A stretch of DNA of 64,000 nucleotides from Squalus acanthias (Eukaryota): assembly GCA_030390025.1 (NCBI GenBank), contig CM059438.1, forward strand, positions 23,932,001 to 23,996,000, in the 5' to 3' direction. Below the pieces are notes generated by a model. That model was not told the DNA's origin. It was given only the letters and a program-made list of their open reading frames with translations, and searched no databases. Below, piece after piece: positions 13,046 to 24,752 of the stretch. Made by a program: the position numbers and the translations under genes. Within the stretch, counting starts at the first letter, position 1, and each line of letters starts with the position of its first letter.

Positions 13046-14001
13046 GGTATAAACACCATTACATTTGTGAATTTTCTCACCTCAACTGGGTCCATCTCTG
13101 GGAGTGGGGAAAAGCTGCTCCCAAGGTAGCCCATTCCTACACTGCCCCAACTTGGCTGGGTCTGCACTCTCCTGCCCTTCAGCACCAAGTGCACCACGGT
13201 TGGAGCTGGCTATATAGGAAAACGCTGCCATGAAAATAAAAGTTTGCCTTTTACGTTAGTTCTTACACGTGCGATTCACTGTGGGGCTTTGTTACATTTT
13301 GTGTCATTAGTGTCTTAATCTCCATGACATTTCAAATTTCTATTCGATTTAAATATGAATACAGCTGAATTCTGAAAAGCACATAGTCTAAGTAATTTGC
13401 CAAGAAATGTTCATCCCTGGACCAGGCTTCTGCTGAGTTCAGGTATAAATCTATCCAAGACTCCACTGCAAGGCCCAGATTTAAAATTAATCTTCAGAAA
13501 ACATTTTACCATATCAGTGCTGCCCACTCTTTCTAACAAAAAGGAAAAAATTACAGGCTGCCACCTGCTAATAGTAGATTAAATTAATTACAGGTTAAAT
13601 ATGTATCACTGATACCTTTTAGTGATGGCCAGTAATTTATTTCTCAATGAACCCTGATTCATTTCAATGCCTGATTTTATAAGCGGTTATCAGTAAGGTT
13701 ACACTCTGTCTAGCATGACATCATCAACCTTTAAACAGGGGGTGGATGTAGAAATGGATTTGACTGACAGATCACAGACACGGCGGTTTCCAGGTACCCC
13801 CGGCTTATACCCAGGTGGCACTGCCACAGGGACAACACCTATTGGCTGCCCTAATGTTCGGGCATAAAGTTCTGAATAGAACAACTGCTGGCCCAAAGGA
13901 AATTAAAGGCTTATCCGATCATTTCTTCCAGCTCTATCCCTGCTTGAAGAGCTGCTGTACTATTGCTACCCTTTACACAGTAAACAAACAGCCAGCAAGA
14001 C

Positions 14002-14308
14002 AAAAGCAAAGTACTGCGGATGCTGGAAATCTGAAGTAAGAACAGAAAATGCTGGAAATACTCAGCGGGGTCAGGCAGCATCTGTGGCGAGAGAAACAGA
14101 GTTCACGTTTCAGGTCAATGACCCTTCGTCAGAACTGGAAAAAGTTTAGAGTGTAACAGGTTTTTAAGCAAGTGTAGGGGCAGGGAAAGGGGGGAGGGGA
14201 GGAAAGAACAAAAGGGAAGGTCTGTGATTGGGTGGAAGGCAAGAGTGATTAAAAGATAAAAGGGATGAAGGTGCATGGCAAAAGGAGATGGTAAAGGGAC
14301 AAGTAAAG
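14002..14308 (-). mobile_element. Penelope-like retroelement-derived insert with target-site duplication
   Basis: Minus strand ctgacgaagggtc...gacctgaaacgt...cagatgctgcctgac...atttccagcat. Flanked by aaacagccagcaagac (13986-14001) and aaacagccaggaagac (14309-14324), 15/16 identical. Confidence 0.8.
14100..14136 (-). ncRNA. Minimal type I hammerhead ribozyme motif (probably inactive, GUG at the cleavage site)
   Basis: AGUU-CUGACGA-A-GGGUC-AUU-GACCU-GAAA-CGUG-AACU: stem I AGUU/AACU, both conserved core boxes, stem II, and a palindromic ACGU in place of stem III. Confidence 0.7.
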
Positions 14309-14349
14309 AAACAGCCAGGAAGACCCTTCTTCAGTCATTTTCATATTTG

Positions 14350-14490
14350 TGTCCACTGCCCTCATGAAGACGACACCTCATGCTAAGGTACAGAGCCACA
14401 AGTGCTGACTGTCCAATGTTAACTCACGCAACTGGATACTTTTCATGCATAAGGCTAGACAGTGAGTATCCAAAGGCTATTCCACCAATA
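14350..14490 (-). mobile_element. AmnSINE2-like SINE 3' fragment
   Basis: ctagacagtgagt...aggctattccacca is the reverse complement of the family block aatagcct...actcactgtctag. Confidence 0.5.
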
Positions 14491-14576
14491 TGGTAAAATG
14501 TTTTCTGAAGATTAATTTCAAATCTGGGACCTCAACTGACATTATTATCACAGGAACTGAGCAAGAGGAGATACTT

Positions 14577-14748
14577 GGGGTGAAGTTAGTCAACGGCAGT
14601 AGGCCAAAGTGGGCCAATAGCGAATCGGCAGTTTTGCACCGCGCCCGATTTTGAGGTCAACAGAAAAGAAAATCGGTTGCGATGTAAAACGGGCTGTCGA
14701 TTCGCTATCGGCCTGCTTTGGACTACTGGCGTTGACCAGCTTCACCCC
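14577..14748. mobile_element. Fold-back palindromic MITE (Harbinger-type termini)
   Basis: ggggtgaagttagtcaacggcagtaggccaaag...atagcgaatcg pairs with cgattcgctat...ctttggactactggcgttgaccagcttcacccc over ~75-bp arms. Confidence 0.85.
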
Positions 14749-15106
14749 CACAAAAATCTAGGCTGACACTCCAGATTGGCGTAAGGTGCAGTCTTTCAGA
14801 TGAGACGTTAAACCAAGGCCCCGTCTGCTCTCTCAGGTGGATGTAAAAGATCCTATGGCACTATTTCAAAAAAGAGCAGAGGAGTGTCCTGGACAATATT
14901 TATCCCTCAATCAACATAACAAAAAAACAGATTATCTGGTCATTATCACAGTGCTGTTTGTGGGAGCTTGCTGTGCGCAAATTGGCTGCCGCGTTTCCTA
15001 TATTACAACAGTGACTACACTTCAAATAGTACTTCATTGGCTGTAAAGCGCTTTAGGATGTCCGGTGGTCGTGAAAGGCGCTATATAAATGCAAGTCTTT
15101 CTTTCT
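14749..15106 (+). mobile_element. Deu-domain SINE (SacSINE1-like), 5'-truncated
   Basis: gtctttcagatgagacgttaaaccaaggccccgtctgc...gatgtaaaagatcc core and an L2-type tail aaggcgctatataaatgcaagtctttcttt. Confidence 0.9.
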
Positions 15107-16438
15107 TATCCCCAATTCCTACATTTTATCACAATAAACACACCATGTACTTCAACACACAATGTGCCCTGGTGTCTTTATCCTATCCTAGGGACCAGTG
15201 CACCCTACTACTTCTACCTCAGTGCCAACTGTAATGCCCTTATCTATGCCCTGACTGAGATCAGGTAACTCAGCTGTCAGGTATAGAAGTCACATGGAAA
15301 CTGCACAACGTTTGTACAGAGGAGATACATTGTACGGAAAGATGCATGGTTTTTAGCACATTCGAAATTTACATGATTGCTACACCCATTGGAAACACTA
15401 GACAAATGAACACTCCATCACCAGCACAGTTTGACCTGCCCTGAAATGTCAGCCCCTGTGCTCTGGCAATTTACCTAGCTTACAGTTTACATGAACAGGA
15501 GTTGGCAGACGCACATGAGCCAGAAGGGACTGGATTTCCAGCATCTGCTTAGTATGTTAATATTATGTAGGTAACTGAAAGAAAAATGGGTCACTTTGGC
15601 CATTTAATCTGCAAATATAAGTGGGGACAAGTGAGGCAAGTGAGCTTGTTTTCAGTAAGCAATGAGGGGCCAACAAAAGACTTGTTCTACATTGATTTTT
15701 CTAGCATTTGCATTGGGATTAGTGTCAGGGTAGCATTAACAGCAGTTACTTTCTGAATAAGTGATTACTTTGAGTGTTAAAAATCGCCAATTATTTCTCC
15801 ACAGTAATTACAGTATATGATGCATACATCTGCATCTACAAATTCCTCTAGACGATGCCCTATAACCACTACAGACATCAGCCACTACAGAAAACAAATC
15901 CACACCAACGCTGCAGAAGGTATGTTCTCTGGTGAAATTGCAAAGCCATCTATTCCCTATAATGAATGAGAATAGCCAATGCTATAGAGAAAATTACATT
16001 TCAGTCTCATTCTTATCTGCAAGTCATTAACTTGTGATAAATGAATTATTGCAACTATTGCTGGAATTAATGCTATTCATAAAGTAACTCTAAATAGTTT
16101 AGAGTGAAGCTGTAATGATTAAAGAGTTCAATGTTTCTATCAAATATTCTCTAAAAACTCATTAAATGTAAACTACTTCACCCTCTGTAAGTGTATAAAA
16201 CTGTCTTCTCCTTCAGTAATTTATTACGCCATAAGACAGCTCATGGCCTAAACTATTACATGCTTCCAATTAGCTGCTTGCAGCTTTTCTCTGAAAATTT
16301 AATGAGATAACACCATATAAAGCTGCTGACTTAAGATACTGTGCATAGCTTTAGTATCAATACAAAGCGCTCAGCAAAACACTCCTCAGCTTTCGCCAAC
16401 AGTTGCGTTTTGTGACTTTTGTTTTAAAAAAAAATTAC

Positions 16439-16478
16439 CTTCGCATCTGACGCTTGCGGTTTAAATGAAAGTCTTTCC
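16439..16478 (-). other. Candidate 40-nt host exon
   Basis: Minus strand ctctaatctctttacag|GGAAAGACTTTCATTTAAACCGCAAGCGTCAGATGCGAAG|gtaatt: branch point, pyrimidine tract, strong donor, three CpGs, unique flanks. Frames ERLSFKPQASDAK or KDFHLNRKRQMR; not recognised. Confidence 0.45.
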
Positions 16479-17581
16479 CTGTAAAGAGATTAGAGTGTTT
16501 TAAAGAAGGTCAAAGTCAGGGGGAGACCAAAAAAACAATTAAAACCACGGTTTTAAACAGGAACACTTGTTAATAAGGGTTTGCTGATAGCATTGCAAGC
16601 AGGTCATTCACGCCACAATCCAAAGCCTGTAGTCACTTCACAATTTACTTCATTATGAGTTTCATCAAATTTTAATAAGGATATTAGAATCAAACTCACC
16701 AGAACACTATTGTGATTTATTTCAGTGAGTCCCACAGAGACAAAGCTCCCAAATGAACGGTTAAAAATCATTATTTTACTCGAGGCCTCACTAACAGCTA
16801 AGTGCTGAAAGCCCAGGACTCTCTCTGATTATGGAGTTATCTCAAAAATTAATTAAACCACTTTAAGCATAGATGTCCCTATTTTAATTCCTTCTTCTTT
16901 GCATCTACTGACATGATTGAGGCTTTGCAATATTGGCAACCTTTTTAAAAAAAAAATTAACAGTGGATGTGGTTCGCATTGATGCCAATGCTGAATGCTG
17001 TGCTGCGTTTGAAGGAGCGTAACAAGGCACACAGCACAGGAAAAAATATATTTTTATTCCTAAATCAGCTGGCACACAAGTATCTGTACACTTTTTATAC
17101 CACACTTCTTAAGATTGTCTTGATTTAAGAGAGCTCAACAATAACCAGTTAAAAAATAAATAACCTGTTTCTTGAGTAATAAAACTGTACACTGGAGGAA
17201 TTAAACAGATACACAAACTCACTCCAGCATTTCTGGCACACAGCAGCAAAACCGTCCCTTCAGTGTCAAGCAACACATGGCACCATATCATGGGCCGGAA
17301 TTTTCTGTACCTGGGCGGGTCGGGTGCGGGCGGTCACCGTGGCGGGTCGCGACCCCGTTCTTCATACCATGCCGCTCCTCAGAACGACTTTCCGTTAATG
17401 GGGCCTATTAAGGCCGCCCTGCGCGTTACCCGGCCCAATTAAATGGTGCGGGTCTGATGACGTCAGCGATGACGCGTTTTCAGGCCGGGATATTTAAAGC
17501 AGCCACATTGCATTTGAAGGTTCATCTCGGAGTGTGCAGGCAGCACACTGCACCATTGGACTGCTACAAAGAGTGCCAAAC

Positions 17582-18884
17582 ATGACTGCACTGAGGCAGA
17601 GGGCTGCACCCAGGTTCTCAGATGACTCCCTTCATATGCTTGTGGAAGGAGGGAGGTCCTCTTCCCTTCTAATGGGCGGAAGAGACCTCCCCAGCAGACA
17701 AAACGAGACTGGCTCCAAGTAGCAGAGGAGGTCAACAGCAGGGATGCGGTCAGGAGGACCTGGGTTCAGTGCCACAAACGTTTCAATGATCTCATTAGAT
17801 CTGGAAAGGTGAGTGCAAAGCCACACTCAATTTCATCCTGCTGTGCCTCTCATCACATCCCCATCACTCTGCCTTCCCAACCCTGCTCCTGCACATCATT
17901 ACTCACACCAACATACCTTGCACATCCAGCCATCCCTCTCTCTATCTACATTATCACATCCCCATCTGACTAGCCACCCATCACATTCACCCTCATCCTA
18001 GTGCAATCATAGCAAGTAACAACACACAAGGAGGCCACGTGGCATTGCCACCCCAGTCCATCATAATCACCCTCTACAAATATAACCCATTCATTTCTTA
18101 CACTCATGCCATCACTCTCAGTCAACCTTCGCTTCTTTCCCTCCTTGCAGGAAAAGAGAGCCCACGATAAGAGGGAGAGGGAGAGAACCGGAGTTGGAAC
18201 TCCATCATTGGCCACGTTAACTCCAGCAGAGGAGGTCGCCTTGGAAGTGTCAGGAGTCGCAGAGCAGCTGGAGGTGGGAGACGGAGAGAGGGGGACATCT
18301 CAGCAACCTGGTGACAGAATTACATCTCATACAGCTACATGGCATACATCAGTCACTCATATGGGGACTGATGTCAGCAGCCAGTGAATGTTCATCATGT
18401 GCATAATGGTATCTGTACCCATTCTTGATATGACACATCTAACTCATCTCTTTACTCTCCCACAGGTCCATCAAGAGCCCCCCTCACTGTCCAGGAGGAA
18501 GAGGAAGACGACTTCTCAGAGCAGCCTGCAGCCTCTGAGGGCACACCATCACCAGACATAAGCGCACCCAGCACCAGCGCAATAACGCACACCTCAGTGG
18601 GTGCCACGCGAGATAGAACAGATGGTGGAGACAGGGACAGCAGTGGTGACTCCTCGCTGGAGGGCGCAGGATGCTCCCAGCTCTGCTCAGCTGCATGCAG
18701 ACACTGAGCCTCGGGGGCCATCCAGCAAGAAGTCCAGCAGGATTTGACAGGTTTTGCGACCACGATGTCTGCAAATGTCCAGAGAATGGAGGAGTCTATC
18801 TCCAACATGAGCAGTATCGTGTCGCAGGTGATGGCGACTGTAGGCTCTTCCATGGATAGGATGACCACCTGCATGGAGCAGCTC
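17582..18884 (+). pseudogene. Harbinger Myb/SANT-like gene, exons 17582-17808, 18151-18310, 18466-~18884
   Basis: MTALRQRAAPRFSDDSLHMLVEG (frameshift) EVLFPSNGRKRP...WLQVAEEVNS...RTWVQCHKRFNDLIRSGK|gtgagt; ttgcag|EKRAHDKRERERTGVG; cacag|acidic/Ser-Thr region, then heptad-like VQRMEESISNMSSIVSQ. Confidence 0.9.
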
Positions 18885-19115
18885 CGTCATGTTGAGGAGG
18901 CTCATCCTCTGCCTGTATACCCTGTGTTGGGGGTATCTCCTCCGGCGCAGTGCAGCCCTGCGCTGATGCCCTCTATCCTGTGCAGCATCAAGTGGTGGAG
19001 GAGAAGGTTGGTGGTGTTGTTGTTGGTGCTGCTGGTGTGCCTGGTGCTGCTGGTGTTGGGGCTCATCGTGGTCCAATTTTGAGGAGCAAGGTGAGACAGT
19101 ATAAATGGCACCCAT
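18885..19115 (-). pseudogene. Harbinger transposase N-terminal stub
   Basis: MGAIY...Q/H-rich...RRRRYPQHRVYRQRMSLLNMTE resembles the N-terminus of HARBI1-like transposases; no DDE core; homologous to 28495-28650(+). Confidence 0.7.
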
Positions 19116-20294
19116 ACTGATGGAATAGATGGCAGGTCAAGTAGAGATGACAGAAGCAATCTGTCAATGGTGAGAGAGGTTCTACCAATGAAGTGACAGC
19201 GTTTCTGACGTTGCTGGAAACACTTGCAACGTCTAGAAAGTTAAATCTGTGCTGACAATGCAGTCAGCAACAGCATCTACCTTATGAAAGTGATCAGCTG
19301 TGAGGTTGGAGTTTTTATTGTACTTTTCATGCTGTGCACCAATGAGCTGGATCAATGGCCACTCAGCTTCCGCCTCAGGTTCACAGACGTGGTTTCCCAA
19401 GTTGCGTGATTCTCGTGCTCATCCAGGGAAATTTGAAAGGTAGGGTGAAAAAGGCGCTTACGGGTCTGATAAGTACCGCATAATGATTTAAATTAGCTCG
19501 CCCGCCTCTGTCGTTCGGGTCGCTGCCACGCCGGCAAACCCGCCCGAGAGGAAGGCGCGTGGGGGCGGGATGATGGCGGGTTCCCAACCCGCTGCAAGAT
19601 ATTTCAAATTTCCCACCCAACCCGCACGGACCCCAGAAAATTCCGGCCATCATGTTTGACACATGGCTTCGGTGACACAAGAGTCAAAGGGTTAGACTAT
19701 CCCAGGACACAAACCCAATAGTGGAGAAGTGCCTGCTATGATTGAGGCTATGGCACGTGCAGTTCCATAGTGTTTTAGCATGGGTGGCTTTGCAACCCTT
19801 GTAATCAGGTTAAGTTGACAAACTACTACTTATATTATTTTCAGTATCAAGAAGCGGTCAGAATTTACTAACAATTCATATAAAAGTATTTTTTCAATGT
19901 ACTGTACTGGGCATTTTAAACAAAATTTTACCCAAAGATTTTTTTTAATTTGTTTTCTAATAGTCTGAGGGCAAAACTTCCTCCCAAATTATTTTCATCC
20001 CTTTCCGTCTTCTCAGTTTCCCCCAAGCCAGGTATCATTTCTGGCTGAGAGGCAAAGTGGGTGACTTTCTCCTAGGCTTCTGCCAATGCTAGGCCTACCA
20101 ACTCTCCTACATGCAGAAGGATTCTTACTATAGGGTCTAAAGTTTTAATAGAGGGCTTTAGTTATCACACAGAACACTGTGCCAAACTGGTCTCTGCAGG
20201 GTTTTCTTGCTTTCTCTCACTCTCCAGCAAGAGGAAGCAAGAAGAAAGGTGATGGCAGCATTAACACCCGCAGCCAGTTAGTGCATGCAGACAA

Positions 20295-20570
20295 AAGTAA
20301 CAACTTGGACTTAAATAGTGCCTTTAACATGAAGAACTTGACGAGGCACTTCAGAAATTGATGCCAGGAAACTGGCCGCTGAGTTAGGAAAGGAGAAATT
20401 AGGAAGGGTGACCGAAGACTTGGCCGAAGAGATGGGTTTTGAGAAAGTTTTCAAAGGGGGAAAAGCAGAAGGAATTGTAGAGAGCAGAACCCAGGCGGCT
20501 TTGGCGCTGCCACCATTGGCGGGGCAAAAGGAAGGTAAGATTCACAGAAGGCCAGAGTCAGAGGAATAGT
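20295..20570 (-). mobile_element. L2 LINE 3' end
   Basis: aacaacttg...tagtgcctttaac and gggtgaccgaagacttggccgaagagatgggtttt, shared with 43648 and 60638. Confidence 0.75.
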
Positions 20571-20649
20571 GCCACGTCTTTTCGATCATTAAAATTTGAA
20601 TGGTGGTACAGCAGGCTATCAGACTTTGTTCTAACTATAAAATGCTTAC

Positions 20650-20720
20650 CTTTTTTGGTAGAGCTTCAAATCAGCGCTTTTATACTTTAGCCAGTGCTTA
20701 CTTTTCCTGGTGCGAGACAT
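20650..20720 (-). other. Candidate alternative first exon end with two tandem splice donors
   Basis: ATG at 20720 reads MSRTRKSKHWLKYKSADLKLYQK to AAG|gtaagc (20650); a second donor AAA|gtaagc lies at 20702. Weak Kozak context. Confidence 0.2.
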
Positions 20721-23700
20721 CCGCTTCCAGATGATTTCTGACAGGTGATTGTCTGAGAGCACTTCTTGTTTTTGTCACTCTAACGATAACTTCAGTGCTC
20801 ACAGCAGCCACATCAACATCGGTACTAGGACAGGCCTTTAGCTACGGTTATGTTATTGCCACACGCGATATCTGGGTATGTGGCTAACTCGTGACTGAAA
20901 ATCTCACCACTAGGTTTTGCCCAATGTGGACAGCTCTGGCTGGTGCTGTTGATCAGAAGGAATCCCAGAGTGGTCAAGGGTGACACTCCCCCTAATGTTC
21001 CTTCCTTTCCTGTGGAGAAGCAAATGGCCTCTGCTGGAAACTGTTCCACAACAGCATGACGGAGCTCAGCACCCTGTCATATGGAAGCTTGCAGGCATTA
21101 ACTTGCGCCGTATCAATTAACAACACTGCGATGCCATACGCTGGAGGCCCAGTTCATCAGGAGTTTAAAGTTCTATAACCGTACACATTCCGCATAGAGC
21201 TACGCTGCAGCAAATCAACACTCCAGGTCTTTGACTCACAGGTGGTTCAGTGGCACGACTTTCAGAAACTCTGCTATTCTACAAGTCGGTACATTATCCA
21301 GAATGACAATAAAGCCTTTCTCTGGGTCTGGAACTTTCCAGCAGTCAATCACAAATACAAACACATGAAAGTCATTTGAATAAATGCACTCCCTGGTTAG
21401 TTACCCTCCATTACAGATCATACACTTAAAAAACCATTTAGGAAGCCCATAATTATTAGCTGGACTACCATAACCTTGTGCTTTAATTAACAGAGCATCC
21501 TCTTTATGAAGAATATAAAGCAGTTTTTAGCCAGGATATCTATTAATATTTATCCAATTACAGTAAACAATCCGTAACAAAGTTTGTGGCGACACCAGAA
21601 GAAACAGGAAATGTCCTCTCACCCTATCTCATTAAAAGGCCATAATGAATAATCCAGTAGGAGTTTGCTTGCAATACAGGACAGAAAACTAATTATCTCA
21701 AGGTCAGGTATTCCATAATAAATATCCCCCACCTTCATGAAATGCTTTGACATGCTGCCTTCTGCACACTTTTAAAATCTCCCCCCCACCCCCACCCCCC
21801 ACCATATGCAAGAATCAAAAGTGCATTTGAGAGGCCAGCCACTAAGAGACTGTTAGTAACAGAAATTGAGAAAAATGCCACGTTTGCCGTACCAATACAC
21901 AGTAGGAAATATCACAAGCCAATATGGATTAATGTGGCATCAATTAAAAAAAACTCCCAAATCAATACGCTTACATATCCAAGCAGGGGACCACAGGTCT
22001 TCCATAGGAGGCAAATGCTCTCTTTAAATTTCAAATCTTGTTAACAGAATACTTCAATAATCGCCAAAAACAATAATATACAACCAGGCAGAATTCTGAT
22101 GGATAGGTACATCCAAACCAACGCAGCTATTCCCTAAGAATATTATAGAAGGCAAAGCAAGGCAATAAATTATAGGTATCAGCCAAAATAAACATCACAT
22201 TCAACACAAAAATATTTAAGATTTGGCTTTTCTTTGAACATTTTAGTTATTTGAAATAGCTACAACTTGTGAAGAAAGCCCTGTGCAATAATACAATAAA
22301 AGAAAAAGAAAATAGAAAAACAAAATGAAGGACACCATCACATTATACAACTGCACAGCAATACTGCACCAACAAACTCAAGTACAAGTTCTTGACCATC
22401 AAGTACCTGAAGAAAGATTAAACCAGTCAACAGTAATGTCACGTGAACTGAGACAAAAGGTAAGAGTTCGGACAGGAACTAAGCCAAGGAGAACCATAGG
22501 AGTGCCCTGGATTTGGCTGGTTGGGAACAGGACACCAGAATTTAAGAACATAAGACACCAGTCTTGGGCAAGATTTCATGAGCCTTGCTTAATCTTAGGA
22601 AAATTAAATTAAAATAAATCTGAGGTAATAAGTTGATCCTGAATCACATAAAATACAAGTTGGTCTATAAAATGTTGCTATAAAATCCAACTGTTTGACT
22701 TTTGAGAATTATATTGTAGTTGCTTTTCTGGATCATAGTTTAAACAATTACCTCCCCACCACTCCCAACAGTAAATATTACTAAATCAAGAAATATGCTT
22801 CCTCCATTTCTCTAATACAATACTATATTTCACCCTGGGAAGTAACAAAGGGTCATTTTTTTCCAAAATGATAGAAAATGTGAATGTTTTAAAATCTCTT
22901 AAGGAAAGCAGTGCTCAGAGGGGTTAACATATCAATCGTGTCTTTATTTACAACACAGGTTACATACAGTCAATTAACAGTGTACTGGATGCTGACTCCA
23001 CAGCAGCATTAGCTACTTCAGTTTGTGAGCATTCTACAGTTTCAGCATCCTAACCGAGAATAGCAGAGTGTACAAAATAAGAAAGCTTCTTCCAAAATAA
23101 ACGGTAGTTCATCGACAGCCCACTTTATAGACTTGAAAATTTACAACACACTGCAAGACAGTATTACAGAAATTTAAAAAAGGTCCCTGCTTTACCCGTA
23201 CGTGTGAACGATCTCCAACAAACTATAAAATAAAGTTATTTTTATTTAATTTGTTGGAAGAAATGTTTTGGAATTCCTTCAAATGCACACGTCTCTTCAA
23301 GTCCCGTACTAGAATTGAAAGTTGATTATACCTGACCCACTGGGGAGTGAAGTAGCCGAATTAAGGGTACATAGCATTTGAAAGCAATGAAAGACCACCT
23401 CAGCTTTACACCATTTGATGCAAAGCAAGACTTTTTTTTAAAAAAAAGTTAAGCTACCTTTAAAACTTTCATTTTGGACTTAAGAATGGAACCGTATTTT
23501 GAACACCTCAGAGCAAAGCTCTGCACACGTGCGTAAGTACATATAGCAGATCTCTGCCTGCCTGACCAGAGAACGACAGGGAGCTGACAGTATAACTCAG
23601 CACTACTGACTCCCCATTGCTCCAGAACAGGAGTCAGCATCAAACCAATACATGCAGAATATCAGTCGCCAAGAAAGTTTCAAAACAAATGAATTATTGC

Positions 23701-24319
23701 ACATTGCACTATACATATTGCAAGTGGCAAAACGGTGATTTAGTGATCTATACCAACACGTGACAAAACCATCTAACCCAACAAAACTTAATGCTCTAAT
23801 TGTTACTGTGGTGATTGCCATTTGCAATGGCTTACCGACACCAAATGAAATCCCCTCAAGTGTAACACAAACAAAAAGCTGTTTGATTTTGTGTCAATTT
23901 TTAAAGTCAAGGACAGTGAAAGTTCACATTTTTTGTCAATTAACTGTGACTCTGATGGCATGTGATCAGTTACAAAACATTCAAACTATTATGACAACAG
24001 TTTCACAGCAACATTAACCAGTTCGGGAATTTAAAGTCCACCATGGCCCAACTAACACATCGAGAGTGTAGCCAGAAATGACATAATTTGTTTTGAAAGC
24101 ATTCAAGCCTCACTATAAAGCTGCACTGCACCAATTTCCCTGCCTACATGCAATCCTGTTTCTGCAAAATCATTGGTCTACCCATACTGCTAAGCTTTTT
24201 ATCTATTCATATAGTTTTGTTTGTTAACTTAACCACAGAACACTTAAAACTTTTTTATATTACCAATTCTGTATTCAGAACCCAAATCCTGCCTTATCAA
24301 AACAGGATTCCAGCAGAAA

Positions 24320-24752
24320 GACTTGAAAAATTGGAGGGTTTCGTTAGAGGAGGTTACGGGTGATTTGATAAAGGTGTTTAAAATTATGAAGGAAGGGGAC
24401 ATAGTTGATAGAAACAGACTGTTTCCAGTGGTTGAGGAGACTAGAATGAGAGGATGTAGATACAAGGTTAAATGCTAAAGATTTAGGACAGAGAACAGGA
24501 GAATTGTTTTTTTATTTACACGGAGGTTCGTGAAGCTGTGGAATGCACTACCAGAGTTAGTGATTGACGCAGAGACCGTGTCAACATTTAAGAATAGATT
24601 AGATAGGTAGTTGAATGATAAAGAGGTATAATTATGTATGGGAACAGGGCGCGGACATGGGATTAGGACTACTGCTCGCATGGAATATTAACATCAACAT
24701 GGGACAGGTTGAGCCATATGGCCTGTTTCTGTGTTGCGATTTCTATATAGTT
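24320..24752 (+). mobile_element. CR1 LINE 3' end, diverged
   Basis: gtgatttgataaaggtgtttaaaattatga...ctgtggaatgcactacc...ttagataggta, equivalent to 3430-3800. Confidence 0.85.

Larger units (their letters stand above)
17293..19648. mobile_element. PIF/Harbinger internal-deletion derivative (copy B) with both TIRs
   Basis: Perfect 15-bp TIRs ggccggaattttctg (17293-17307) and cagaaaattccggcc (19634-19648); atcatg on both flanks; contains a Myb gene (+) and a transposase 5' stub (-). Confidence 0.93.

Noticed and set aside
18744-19082. ORF with a hydrophobic C-terminus suggesting a membrane protein
   Set aside because: The Leu/Val stretch is the antisense reading of the Q/H-rich transposase stub across a deletion junction.
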